From: Octopus sinensis
Taxonomy: Eukaryota
DNA length: 64,000 nt
NCBI RefSeq assembly: GCF_006345805.1
Contig: NC_043001.1
Span: 85,994,001 to 86,058,000, forward strand
Direction of reading: 5' to 3'
Under the pieces are notes generated by a model. It was not told where the DNA came from and ran no database searches. It saw only the letters and a program-made list of their open reading frames with translations. The position numbers were made by a program, and so were the translations under genes. Of this stretch, positions 27,375-39,951 are shown piece by piece. Each line of letters opens with the position of its first letter. Within the stretch, counting starts at the first letter, position 1.

Positions 27375-28915
27375 AAGAGGAGGTGAAACGATGAAAGGAA
27401 AAACGTTCATTCATACCTGTTGGGGATATAGTGCCAAGATCAAATATGAGACGTTGCTCCTTCGTCTTCCTTTCCTAGAGAAGAGGGGGTCCGTGGCGCA
27501 AGGCCATACCATACACTGATAAATCTGCAATAGAATGATTCACAGTGTAGAAGTGGGTGGCGACAGATTGGCCTGGCATACAAAGCATTATGCTTCTGAT
27601 GTGATCGCCAAAGCGATCCCCAAGGCGTCGCCTTGTTTCTCCAATGTAAAGAGCAACGCAGAGTTTGCATATGATGCAATATATGAGATTCGCCGAAGTG
27701 CAACAGAAGTTGTGTGTTATGTGATATTGCTTCTTGGGCCCCGTGATGGTGGTAATATTGTTGGTGTAGGAGCGAAAACATTAAAAGTTCCTGTGTTGTG
27801 TGGAGCTGGGAGCTGTGAAACTTCTAAGAAAGAAATTTCTAAGACACCAATTTTTTTAAAAGATAGGAGACGTGGTGTGGAAAAGATAGGGGCGGTTGTT
27901 GGGTCAGAAAGAAGAATGCGAAAGTTGTAGATGCGTTTATGGTTTGGAGGAAGGATGGACGGGTGGTAGGTGAGAGAGAGTGAGATACGGTCGGTGGAAG
28001 TGCGTGAAGATGGTAGGAGAGCTGTGGTGTGGTCGATGTCTTGGGATCGGTAGAGTGCGGAGTTGACAACTGATGGAGGATATCCTCGATTTAGAAAAAA
28101 CTGTCGCATCGTTTTGCAATGGAATTCGAAATCCGAATTGATGCTGCAAAATCGTAGAAGGCGATGAAATTGAGAGAAAGGTATAACAGATTTAATGTGA
28201 TTGGGATGAGAGGAAGACTAGTGGAGGTAGGTGTGGGAGTCAGTAGGTGGAGTCAGTAGTAGTGGAGAGGTGGGTATTGTGTTTCTTGGCGGAGATGTCG
28301 AGAAAACAAACAGAAGTATCAGATATGGTGTGGGTGAATTCCAAGGCTAGGTGAAAGGTGTTAACAAAAGAAATAAAATCGTTGAGCTGTTGTCTGTTAA
28401 GGCTTGTGGTACCAATGCAGTGGCCTATGTAACGACCATAAAGCTCTGGGATGGGTCCAGGGAAGTGAGCAAAGATTTGCTCCTCTATATAACCTATAAA
28501 GAAGTTGGCATAATTGGGGCCCATCCTGGTGCCCATAGCAACACCACCATAGAATATACCTGAGAAGGAAAAAGAAGTGAGTGTTAAGACGAGTTCAGCT
28601 AGGCGGAGGAGTGTATTAGTGCTGGATTCAGGTACAAATCGACGGTCTAAGAAGTGTTTGAGTGCTAGTAGACCGTCACTGAGAGGGATGACTGTGTACA
28701 AAGATTTAATGTCCATGGTGAAAAGGAGTTTGGATTCACCAGGCAGAAAAGAGAATGCGTTGAAGAAGTGTAGTGCATGGTTAGTGTCTTTTATATTTGA
28801 AGGTAGAGCAGTGACGAGAGGAGATAAAAGTTTGTCGAGGCAGGAAGATAAAGGTTCTGTGGGACAATTGCACAACTACAAGCAGAGACAATAGGGCGGC
28901 CTAGATTATCTTGTT
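27375..28915 (-). mobile_element. Decayed Penelope-like element (Neptune-like), RT core plus GIY-YIG
   Basis: GRPIVSAC..CNCPTE..IKDTNH..LFTMDIKSLYTVIP..GVAMGTRMGPNYAN..YGRYI..CFLDIS; RGYPPSVV..LTYHP; then FCCTSANLIYCIICKLCVALYIGETRRRLGDRFGDH..VATHF..EQRLIFDLGTISPTGMNE. Confidence 0.9.
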
Positions 28916-28924
28916 TACGCATTC

Positions 28925-29495
28925 ACCCAGTGAATTTGACGCTGGTGCCAATATAGAAAGTTTCCCTCCGTCAAATCCAACTCAGGACATTTTTCTACCA
29001 CAGAAACCCAGTTTCTCCAATTAAAGACGACTTTACCACACTCAAAAAGCGTTTCTCCAACTGGACACCAAACCCAGGATTACACCGTTCATCGGTAGAT
29101 GTATTCATTAAGAAATGCCGTTTGACCTCGGTACCTTCAATTTCGATAGAAAATCAAGGATTTCGAACCTTCCCCAATCGGAACTGGATGCCCTCCGGAA
29201 GCTCCGCCAACGCAAGGACATTGTTATCAAGCCTACCGACAAAGGGAGCGCTGTTGTTGTTTGGCGAGCCGACCTTTACAGAAAAGAAGCACTCCGCCAA
29301 CTCAACGACCCAAGATACAACATGAAGATACCAAATGATCTTACCAAACGTTACTAGTGGAATATTTCGACCACTGTACGTCAGCTGATCTCTTCTGGTT
29401 CATTGCCACGCACTGCCACCAATCTCATTGTCACCACTATCTATTTCGTCCCTAAAATACTTAAACAAGACAATTCCGGCCGCTCTATTGTCTGT
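28925..29495 (+). mobile_element. Inverted N-terminal RT segment of a Penelope-like element
   Basis: SNLPQSELDALRKLRQRKDIVIKPTDKGSAVVVW..Y..EALRQLND..YFVPKILKQDNSGRSIV, running into (GT)n. Confidence 0.85.
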
Positions 29496-29516
29496 GTGTG
29501 TGCGTGTGCGTTTGTG

Positions 29517-29547
<31 letters not shown>

Positions 29548-29595
29548 TTGTGTGTGTATGTGTTTGTGTATGTGTTTGTGTGTGTGTATGTGTGT

Positions 29596-29640
<45 letters not shown>

Positions 29641-29980
29641 AGTGCGTTTGCGTATATGTGTGTGTACTTTTGTTTATTACACTATGCATATATTCCAAAA
29701 TATAAGAGGGTATATGTCAATATAATTTAATGCTTTATCGGCGCCGAAAGTAGAATTCATTCCAATGTTTCAACGATAAAATATTACTACTGTTACGTTT
29801 CTGTTTAGTTAACTTTGTCTTATTTCTGATTAATCACTATGGTTGATTACTAGTTCGCACAAGTAATTATTTAAAGAATTACGAATTAATTGTGAAATGT
29901 GTGCGCGTGTATGTATGTATGTGAGTATATATATATGTGTGTGTGTATAAATATATGTATATATATATTTATATATATAT

Positions 29981-30107
29981 TATATATAGAGGGCATAATT
30001 ATACATACATGCAGGAGGCATTATATATACCTGCCAAACGCTAAGAGCGTTGGCAGGTATATATAATGCCTCCTGGCATGTATGTATAATTATGCCCTCT
30101 ATATATA
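29981..30107. repeat. Fold-back palindrome, ~62-bp arms, 3-nt loop
   Basis: tagagggcataattatacatacatgcaggaggcattatatatacctgccaaacgct-aag-agcgttggcaggtatatataatgcctcctggcatgtatgtataattatgccctcta. Confidence 0.9.
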
Positions 30108-30228
30108 AATTAATATGTTCAATAAGAAATAATTATTTTCGAAATTTTTTCTCTTATGAGGTTTTTACGCTATCTACCTGACAATTTCTTGTAAGTTTTC
30201 CTTATTAAGTAGTTGTCCTTAATTGCAA

Positions 30229-30294
<66 letters not shown>

Positions 30295-30379
30295 TATTAT
30301 ATATATTATATATATATATACATATATATATATATACTATATATATATGTATGTATGTATGTATGTATATTCCAAGAAA

Positions 30380-30900
30380 GTTAGAGTTGTGAATCCAACC
30401 AACTAAGGGATAACATCTATCCAATATACTGCTGGTAGAATACCCAATTATTAATATACAAGTGTTTTTTATTGAATTGCAGTTACATTACCGAGCGTAC
30501 TAGATGGATGAGGGTAATGAGTTATTTTACCATTAATTTATAGAGCAATAAGAAAATGGAGGGGATCAATAGATGGTTCATCAACTTTTAAACATTATAT
30601 TATGTCAATTTATTTATTCATTTACTAAAATAGCGATTACAAGAATATACATACATGTATAACATATTATGCTTTAGATATAAAATATAGAAATATACCA
30701 GTAATTATTTCCTGTATGTTATATTTTAATAATTACTGGTATCTTTATATATTTTATATGTAAAGCATATGTTATACATGTAGGTATATTCTTGAAATGG
30801 TCATTTTGGTAAATAAATAAATAAATAAATAAGTTGACATAATATAATGTCTAAAAGTTGATGAACCACCTATTGATCCCCTCCATTTTCTTATTGCTCT
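30380..30900. mobile_element. Fold-back element: unpaired module plus 360-bp imperfect hairpin (30542-30900)
   Basis: The hairpin begins agagcaataagaaaatggagggg and ends cccctccattttcttattgctct. The upstream module gttgtgaatccaacc..gataacatctatccaatatactgct is shared with 37782-37850. Confidence 0.75.
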
Positions 30901-30990
30901 CTCTCTCTTTCTCTCTCTCTCATTCTCTCTCTCTCTCTGTCTCTCTCTCTCTATATATATATGTGTGTGTGTGTGTATATACTTATCGTA

Positions 30991-31152
30991 TCAGGACAAT
31001 TACCCTACTAGAACAGTTACTCCCCACCCCATAGGACAATTCTCTCCGACAAAACCCTCCCCAATATATTAAGAAGTTTTAAATCATCATCTGTTCTTCT
31101 CAGAGTAATTGTACTTGGGAGGGTTATTGCCATGGAGGGTAAATGTCCTAGA
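30991..31152. mobile_element. Small putative MITE with ggacaatt subterminal repeats
   Basis: Ends tcaggacaattaccct / agggtaaatgtcctaga are imperfect inverted repeats, with internal repeats of ggacaatt / gtaattgt. Confidence 0.45.
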
Positions 31153-31190
31153 CTTATATATGTGTGTGTGTGTGTGTGTGTGTCCTACAA

Positions 31191-31246
<56 letters not shown>

Positions 31247-31333
31247 GGTGGGGTATGTGTCTTTATGTTTGGATATGTTTATGTTTATATATGTATATAT
31301 ACAGACATACTTATATATAAATATATATGCATA

Positions 31334-31516
31334 GGCGTAGGAGTGGCTGTGTGGTAAGTAGCTTGCTTACCAACCACATGGTTCTGGGTTCAGTCCCACT
31401 GCGTGGTACCTTGGGCAAGTGTTTTCTACTATAGCCTCGGGCCGACCAATGCCTTGTAAGTGGATTTGGTAGACGGAAACTGAAAGAAGCCCGTCGTATA
31501 TATGTATATATATATG

Positions 31517-31563
<47 letters not shown>

Positions 31564-31775
31564 GTTTGTGTGTCTGTGTCCCCCCCAACATCGCTTGACA
31601 ACCGATGCTGGTGTGTCTCCGTAACTTAGCGGTTCGGCAAAATTGACCGATATAATAAGTACTAGGCTTACAAAGAATAAGTCATGGGGTCGATTTGCTC
31701 GAGTAAAGGCGGTGCTCCAGCATGGCCACGGTCAAATGACTGAAACAAGTAAAAGAGTAAAATAGTAAAAGAGTA
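31334..31775 (+). mobile_element. Family B bipartite SINE, full length (tRNA head, CORE-like block, internal microsatellite, right arm)
   Basis: ggcgtaggagtggctgtgtggtaag (A box), gggttcagtccc (B box), ccttgggcaagtg (CORE-like), (TA)n(TG)n at ~31496-31561, and a right arm ending gtaaaagagtaaaa. Confidence 0.8.
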
Positions 31776-32276
31776 TGTATGTACGTATGTATGAACGTAT
31801 GCATGTACGTGTGTATGTATGTATGACTGTATGTATGCATGTATATATATATGTATCTCTGATTTTTAACTTAACTTACTCCGACTGAATATAAATCTAT
31901 GTATAATTTAATTAATTCATTTTTAAATTGATTATTTCGTCACCATTAATATTATCCAGCACTATCAACTTTACGTGACCTTACACACAGGCCAACACCT
32001 CTTCAGACACACTGGCACATGCATGAGTTATAGCAACACTCCCACACACATAAATGCACACACACACACACATGAACGTACACACTAAGAGTAACACATT
32101 GCAACACATGACAGGCTCACTGGCATACATAGATTACCAGACAGATATATCGATATACACACACATACAGAGGTGTATATGCGCAGTCACACACAATTCC
32201 ATTGTTGACATACTATATGTACATTAGCACTCATGATTTAATACATACTTATCTGTGTGTGTATATATATATCTAT

Positions 32277-32333
<57 letters not shown>

Positions 32334-32553
32334 TATATTATATATGTATATATATATGTATATATACATACAAACATAAGTTAATACATGTCAACACACC
32401 ATATACAATGGAACTCAGGTTAACATTACAAATACACGAATGTGTATATATACATACATCTACTGACCACACAGAAGTTGAAAACACATGAAGGTCAACA
32501 TGTTAACCCAATACAGACTCACTGACGCACAGAAGTTAACAACAGAAATACAC

Positions 32554-32587
<34 letters not shown>

Positions 32588-32869
32588 AATCCCAAAAAAT
32601 GAGAGACAATATATATATGTATGTGTGTATGTATGTATGTATGTATGTATGTATGTATATACCTATCTATCTATCTGTATATATATATATATATATAGTA
32701 AATCCCAGAAAATGAAGGACAATATATATATATATATGTGTGTGTAAGTATGTATGTATGTATGTATGTATGTATGTATGTATGCATGTATGTATGTATG
32801 TATGTATGTATGTATGTATGTATGTATGTATGTATATACCTATCTATCTGTCTGTATATATATATATAG

Positions 32870-33065
32870 GGAGAATTTACGAAAAAAAACAAAATTCGAA
32901 GACAGTGGTGTACAAAACAAACAGATGTATTAGTATAACACTCAGGAATAGAAAATGCCTTTTACGTTTCGAGCCTACGCTCTTCTACAGAAAGGGACAC
33001 AGAAAAAAAAACAAGGAGAGAAACTAGGAGAGAAAAAAACGTGTGTAGTGGCTAACGATCTATCA
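32870..33065 (-). mobile_element. Short PLE-type element carrying a minimal hammerhead motif (32959-32994)
   Basis: Minus strand cttt-CTGTAGA-a-gagc-gtag-gctc-GAAA-cgt-a-aaag. Stems I and II pair, with one core change from CUGANGA; inserted in (TA)n. Confidence 0.6.
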
Positions 33066-33280
33066 TGGCGACTATATGTATATATATATATATATGCAAA
33101 TGTCCACGTATGCCAACTTACCACACAGACTTTTGACACGCAGAAGTAAGCACCTTACAGATACGCGTATACAAAAACGTTTACAGGTTCACACCACCCA
33201 AACATATAATATATATTGTTTATTTCTTGGCTACTTAGAGTGTAAATTACAATATTGACAATTAGGAGAATGAAGAATTC

Positions 33281-33454
33281 GAACATTCAAAGTTTGTTTA
33301 TTTCTTGTTAGTTTATTCATAGTAACTGTCCGTCACGTGTTTCGATCGCATTAACTGCATATTGTTGCATGTATTCAGTTAATGCGATCGAAACACGTAT
33401 CGGACTAGTATTGTGAAGAAGCTAACTCGAAATAAACATAGAGCTTGAATGTTC
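33281..33454. repeat. Fold-back palindrome with a perfect 23-bp inner stem
   Basis: acgtgtttcgatcgcattaactg (33335-33357) / cagttaatgcgatcgaaacacgt (33376-33398), plus outer imperfect stems gaacattcaa/ttgaatgttc. Confidence 0.8.
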
Positions 33455-33489
33455 ACATTTTTCAGTCTCTTTATCATATTATTTTATTC

Positions 33490-33940
33490 TTTTATTTGCT
33501 TCAGTCATTTGACTGCGGCCATGCTGGAGCCCCCGCCTTTAGTCGAGCAAATCAACCCCAGGACTTATTCTTTGTAAGCCTAGTATTCATTCTAACGGTC
33601 TCTTTTGCCGAACCGCTAACTTACGGTGACATAAACACACCAGCATAGGTTGTCAAGCGATGTTGGGGGAACAAACACAGACACACGAACATATACACAT
33701 ACATACATACATACATACATACATACATACATACATACATACATACATGCATACATACATACATACTCACATACATACATACATACATACATACATACAT
33801 ACATACATACAGTTTCCATCTACCAAATCCTCTCACAAGGCTTGGTCGACCCGAGGCTATAGTAGAAGGCACTTACCGAAGGCGCCTCGTAGTGCGACTG
33901 AACCCGGAACCATGTGGTTAGTAAGCAAGCTACTTACCAC
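33490..33940 (-). mobile_element. Family B bipartite SINE with internal (TACA)n
   Basis: Both arms are colinear with 31334-31775; the internal repeat has expanded to ~110 bp. Confidence 0.78.
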
Positions 33941-33954
33941 ACTATATATATATA

Positions 33955-34170
33955 GTCAAAATGTGACCGCGTGTGTACCGTTGGCGATTTCCTTTTCCTC
34001 CGTCTTCCCTTCTTTGGTTCTTTCCTTTTCTTATGTTTCTTACGAAGAGCTCCGCTCGAAACGTTAAACCCTCCTTCTTTCCTTCTTTCCTGAGCGTCCA
34101 GTAACACTATACTTGTTCCACGTCCTCGAGTTGCTGTGTCTCTTTGTGTTTTCATGTTTGGATTAACGAT
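33955..34170 (+). mobile_element. Short element with a minimal hammerhead motif (34035-34069); sister of 60920-61110
   Basis: gttt-CTTACGA-a-gagc-tcc-gctc-GAAA-cgt-t-aaac, followed by cctccttctttccttctttcctgagcgtcc..gtttggattaac; flanked by (TA)n. Confidence 0.65.
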
Positions 34171-35149
34171 ATATATATGTATATATATATCAGATTGGCG
34201 CAATTAATCTTCTCCCTTTTGAGCATCAACTTTAATGGGAAATATCTCTCCTGTGTATAAATTTCGTTAATTGAAATAGTAATCATGCATTTTCAGTGAA
34301 TCGGATTTTTAGTCGCTATTGAAACAACCAAGGATTGTAACACCAGCGCCACCACCATCGCTATAACTACCACTGTCATCGCTACAAATGTAGTAGTTGT
34401 TTAAATCATTGTTCAAAATTTAAACAAGTTTTGTCAAAATACTGCAATATTAAGAATTGCACACTGCAAAAAAGGAAAAAAAGTACAGAACGTTTCACTT
34501 CATAAAATAATAGAAACCCTAGAAGATTGTGTTTCGGTAAAGAAGAGTTTTGCAGGATATACTTGTTGAGACTATAAACAGGATAAATAGAAGCATGGCA
34601 ACTTATCGATCCATAAATAATGAAGACAGGTAAAATCAAATTGCTCATACATGCACAGGTATAACAATGTCTGGAATTTGTAGTGAGGTGGACAATTTGG
34701 CGAAGTTGATGTAAATTACAGTATAGAGGACGAAGTGAGCGTCATTTATTCACGCGATTTAAGCGTCAGGATTTCTTCCTCGTACCGAATTATATGGGAA
34801 GACGAAGTTGGGTTTGAGACGTCTTGGCACAAACGTTTTGGTGCCACTTCTTTGACGTTGCTGATTTGACTCCGACTTATTCGACATCAGACCTCTTAAT
34901 GTTTCTCTCCTCTCTCCTACTTCTCTCTATTTATGTGTGTGACCATATTTCTCTTTATATGTATAAGGAGAAAGACCATGTGTATGTCAGTCGTGTTCAA
35001 TGAATAAATTATGCCTCTGTCTTTCTCTATATTCCTCTGTCTAGCTTCATGTGTGTATTTCTGCGCACGCACGTATGCGCGCGAGTGTGTGTGGTGGGGT
35101 ACCTCCAGCGCCAATGCGTATCGTAGCCAAAACAAGCTGAATGTCCACT

Positions 35150-36880
35150 TAGCCATGGCAAATCCTTATCGTCCAAACAGCTGCACCCATTCACCTCTGG
35201 TAGCTGTGGGCAACAATTTTACTCTCAGAAGTTGAAACAAATATCCTGGAATTGAAATTGAAAATGTAATTGATGGGGGTGGTAATATAGAGTTCTTGTT
35301 TCAGGCTAAACAGCGCATGATAAAAGTCATACCTGATATATTTCACATAACAGACAAAGCTCAGCAAATTATGAAGTCTAGAAGAGAAAGCCCAGGAGCC
35401 ATTTTTTTTTTATGGCACCAATAAGTTAATTGCTTTCAGACGGTGAAAAGCAGAAGACCCTCCCTGCTACAAACACTTTAGACACAACAGTAACTACAAC
35501 ATCAACAGCATGTAAAGCAGAAGCAAAATTTGAAACAGTTGATATAGAGGTGCAGCCCCAACTACAGTACCAAAATCTACAACTGCAACAACTTCAACAG
35601 CAGCAATAACTACATCAAAAGGTGTCCTAAAAGCAACAGCAGATCCCAATACAATACCTCCACTAAATGAAAACTTCTCGACAATTCCATCAGCGCACAT
35701 CACAGAAAAAACACAAATACACACACAGTAAATCTTACAAATGTGCAATCGAAACTAAAGAATCTAAACTAAAAAGGTTTGTGACTGAGGGTAGTGGATA
35801 GTAAGGAAAACCTCTCCCAAACGAGAAGTCGATATTCTTCTAGCACACGCGACAGCTAATGTAGCACCACAATCTGAAACTGCAACGAGAACAATAACAA
35901 TTTAAATGAAACTCTCAACCAGAAGTCCAACCACAATCACTGTAAAATGACCAGACAAGATAAACAGCAACAAAATCAAAACTAACAAGAAGACAACTTC
36001 CTGAACTTCACTGTTATACAAATATGCAATATTGAATTTACAGAAACGGTAATAAACGACAAAATATTGCTGCTAATGGAGAAGATTTTGAAGAGTTCTT
36101 CCCTAAAACTCATATGAACAGATTTTTATCATAAACTGAGAGATGCTCAAAGAAATATTTTCTTTTGGAGTTGGACTTTTTAGAAAAATACCCAATAGAA
36201 ATACTTCACAAAGGTCTTTCAAAACATCCTTCTTAATCAACAAGGAGACAAGATCAATCTACTGTCTCGAGGACCAATGTGGTTGACTACTCCCATTTTA
36301 TTTTCTCCAATAGACATCGTTATTCACAATGTCGTATGTTCAAATGTATGCAACTTGGGCTCAGCATGGAGACAAGGACCCTAGATATACATATAATAAT
36401 CAGCAGCGAGATCGGGTTCTCTCGAACGCACATGCTTGGACCTATTTTTGATGACAATGATATATTCTCATCTCGTAGTCTATAGGTATCGGTTGATGTG
36501 GTTGTAGTATTATTCCCCAAATCCTTCGATCTTACAATATAGGTAATATTCACGGACCTGACCATAAGTCAATGGTTTTGAATGTGACCGGCAGCGAACG
36601 CAGTGCTTTTAGACTAGTAGTGCCCCAACATGAGTAGAACAGCTAGAGTTTTTCAGACGTTGGAAGCATTCCTGGGAATGTCCCGATCACTACTACAAGT
36701 GGGAAACTGGAACTGTATTTTAGATTCTCAAAACAATTCTGTTGGGCTAACGCGTAGAAGACGGTTCAAGAATCTCGTAAACCTGCTTAGATATTTCCCA
36801 ATGTTTGACAAGTATGACAGAATTTCCCTTATGTGGCCCTGTTTATCCTCTTTATATCAAAACAGAGCATTTGTAAGGTC
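35150..36880 (+). mobile_element. Highly decayed 5' half of a Tx1/L1-clade LINE (possible ORF1 plus APE endonuclease)
   Basis: APE remnants at 36320-36850: VCSNVCNLGSAWRQG..LDIHIIISSE..VVVLFPKSFDL..FRLVV..FQTLEAFLGMSRSLLQVGNWNCILDS..LVNLLRYF..DKYD. The upstream MANPYRPNS..IEFLF..CYKH and Thr/Ala-rich stretch as ORF1 is much weaker. Confidence 0.65.
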
Positions 36881-37704
36881 AGAGGACAGGAACTCACAAC
36901 GTTAAAATTCGAAAGAATTACTGCGAAGCATTCTTTTTCTGACACTTCAAAATTATATGAATAAGATAAAACAGAATTAGCAGCCATATCATTCATTTTG
37001 CTTCGCTATGATGTTGGACAAGATCTAAAAACATTTTCAGTTTTTGAAAAGAATTACAAATATTTTGCCTTTTTTCTTTTTCTCATCACACCTTTCCCAA
37101 TAGGGCAACTCTTGTGACAAACATCAAATGATTAATTAATCTTTAAAAATAGAATAATTGAAAAACTAGATGAGTGTGTTTTGATCACTTGACCTTGTAA
37201 AATTAACCATCAAATATCCATCACTCTTCTCTACTCTCTAAAATAGATAAATAAATAAACAAAAGAGAACGGAAACACAAGCGCTTGCATCATCAAAGAA
37301 ATATTGATAAATTCGCTGTTGTAATTGTTGATATTGGTTTAGGTCAAAGGCATTCCAGCCATGGCCAATTCATCTTCATTGCAGAACCCTTTGCCAGCAC
37401 GAGCTTCAGATGTGTGTGTGTGTACGCACATGCATAGATGTGTGCATGTGTGTGTGTGTCTCTGTCTGTCTGTCTGTCTGTCTGTTTTTGTCTGCCTCCA
37501 TGGCTTGACAACCGATGCTGATATGTTTATGTCCCCGCAACGTGGTCAATAAAACAGTTCGATAGAATAAGTGCCAAGCTTTAAAAAAATAGATACTAGG
37601 ATCTATTCGTTCGACTAATATCTTTCAAAGCAATACTCCAGCACGGCCGCAGTCTAATGGCTGAAATATATATGTATGTATGTATGTATGTAATATGCAT
37701 ATGT

Positions 37705-37769
<65 letters not shown>

Positions 37770-37781
37770 AATTGAGATAGG

Positions 37782-38146
37782 GGTTGTAAATGCAACCCTC
37801 CATGAGATAACATATATCTAATATACTGCTAGTGAAGTACCCAACAAAGTTTATGCATAAATGTTAAGGATTGCGATGCAATCGATGCATTTACTGTATT
37901 ATATGGGCAAAGGTAAATTTGCCCATTTGCCCATATAATTTATAATTTACCACAAATTACTAATACAAGATAAGAAAATGGAGAAATACATCTAAATCAA
38001 ATATCAATTACCAGATAATACTCAATCACATACTTTATTAAACCACCACATCTCTTATGTGTGGTGGTTTAATAAAGTATGTGATTGAGTATTATCTGGT
38101 AATTGATATTTGATTTAGATGTATTTCTCCATTTTCTTATCTTGTA
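37782..38146. mobile_element. Fold-back element: unpaired module plus near-perfect 183-bp hairpin (37964-38146)
   Basis: tacaagataagaaaatggag...ccaccacat-ctctt-atgtgtggtgg...ctccattttcttatcttgta; the upstream module is homologous to 30380-30455. Confidence 0.8.
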
Positions 38147-38175
38147 TATATATATATATATATATATATATTCCA

Positions 38176-38387
38176 TGGAAGTCGACTTTGCCTTTCATCC
38201 TCTCGGGGTCGATAATTAAGTACCAGTTACGCATTGGGGTCGATGTAATCGACTTAATCCGTTTGTCTGTCCTTGTTTGTCCTCTCTGTGTTTAGCCCCT
38301 TGTGGGTAGTAAAGAAATAGGTATTTCGTCTGCCGCTACGTTCTGAGTTCAAATTCCGCCTAGGTCAGCTTTGCCTTATTCAGGTAC

Positions 38388-38452
<65 letters not shown>

Positions 38453-38920
38453 CAACATCGAAAAATTTCCCAAAGATACCTGATGAAGGCTAGAGGGTGT
38501 ATCAGCCGAAACGTTGTGTTAACAACAAACAAGATGAAGTCAAATATCCGTCAAATGTAAGTAATGTACATAATTGCTCATCTCTTAAATATAGAACTGG
38601 TACTTAATTTATCAACCCCAAAAGGATGAAATGCAAAGTCAACCTCGGCGGAATTTGAACTCAGAACGTAAAGACAGACGAAATATCTATTTCTTTACTA
38701 CCCACAAGGGGCTAAACACAGAGAGGACAAACAAGGACAGACAAACGAATTAAGTTGATTATATCGACCCCAGTGCGTAACTGGTACTTAATTTATCGAC
38801 CCCGAAAGGATGAAAGGCAAAGTCAACCTCAGCGGAATTTGAACTCAGAACGTAGCGGCAGACGAAATACGGCTACGCATTTCGCCAAGCGTGCTAACGT
38901 TTTTTACCAGCTCGCCGCCC
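38176..38920. mobile_element. Two family A SINE dimers (+ 38176-38378; - 38557-38920) facing each other
   Basis: Both show core, linker and second B-box unit; they are separated by (AAT)n and a hammerhead-bearing insert. Confidence 0.7.
38476..38519 (+). ncRNA. Minimal type I hammerhead ribozyme motif with intact catalytic core
   Basis: atac-CTGATGA-a-ggct-(agagggtgtatc)-agcc-GAAA-cgt-t-gtgt. Stem I atac/gtgt (one G-U), stem II ggct/agcc, and a palindromic ACGU in place of stem III, as in PLE minimal hammerheads. Confidence 0.7.
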
Positions 38921-39039
38921 TAATGTCAACAGTTTCTGAAGATACTAAGTTTGTATTTGTGAAATATTTGCCTCTAGTTTCTAACAAGTCGAGCTACCAC
39001 CGAGACTCTTTCCCTATCTTTAGTTATCATTGTTGTTGC

Positions 39040-39680
39040 TTTTGTTGTTGTTGGCAGTGGTGGTAGTGTGCTGGAGGTAAGAATGGTGATGGTAGTTATG
39101 GTTGTGGTTGTGGTCGTTGTGCTGGCATTTGGGACAGTTGTGGTGCAGTTATGGTAGCAACCATTATACTAACGGATGACTTTCTTTTATTGTCCACAAG
39201 GAGCCCGTCACAGTAACGGAGCACTGTGGTAGTGGTAGTGGTATTTGGGGTAGTGTTGGTTGTGACGGTGGTGGCGGTGGTGGTGGTGGTGGTGGTGGTG
39301 GTGGTGGTTGTTATCGTGGTGGGGTTGCCGGCGCTGGTGTCGGCAGTGGTGCAGATAGCAGTGGTATTGTAACGGAGGTAGATTTTTTGTTATTGGTGTT
39401 AGTGGTGCTGGTGATAGTAATGCTGGTGGTGGTGGTTATGGTTGTTCTCGTGGTGATGGTTGTGGTTGTGTCGGTGGTGGTTGTTGTTCAGGTGCCAGTG
39501 GCTGTAGCTATTATTGTAATGGAAGTAGGTATGATGGTGTGAGATGTCTTTATTATTGTTGTTGTTGTTGTTAGTGGCGGTGGTGTTGGTGGTCGTCGTC
39601 GTGGTATGGTGCAGGTGGTAGTACCCATTAGTATCAGTAATGGAGATAGGTATGGTATTGTTGTTATTGTTGTTATTGTT
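39040..39680. repeat. Degenerate (GGT/GTT/GTA)n trinucleotide low-complexity tract
   Basis: Directly visible; no recognisable protein. Confidence 0.85.
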
Positions 39681-39695
39681 TAGGCATAAGTTAGA

Positions 39696-39951
39696 TACTA
39701 CTTAAGAAGAGTAGTCCCGGTGCGCGTACTCGCGCATCCACGCTAGCTAGTCGTGACTAGTCGATCCTACAACGATTCTCTAGCAAAGTAAATAAAACAC
39801 AAAATAAATATTTTTTTTTTACAGAAAGAGAATAACATTTTTTAAAACAAAATAAAACATAAAAGCACAAAGGATCGACTAGTCACGACTAGCTAGCGCG
39901 GATGCGCGAGTAGGCGAGTGCGCGCACCGGGTCCACTCTTCTTAAGTAGTA
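39696..39951. mobile_element. GC-rich-armed MITE with ~75-bp TIRs and an AT-rich core
   Basis: tactacttaagaagagtagtcccggtgcgcg..gcgcatccacgctagctagtcgtgactagtcgatcct / aggatcgactagtcacgactagctagcgcggatgcgcg..gcgcgcaccgggtccactcttcttaagtagta. Confidence 0.85.
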
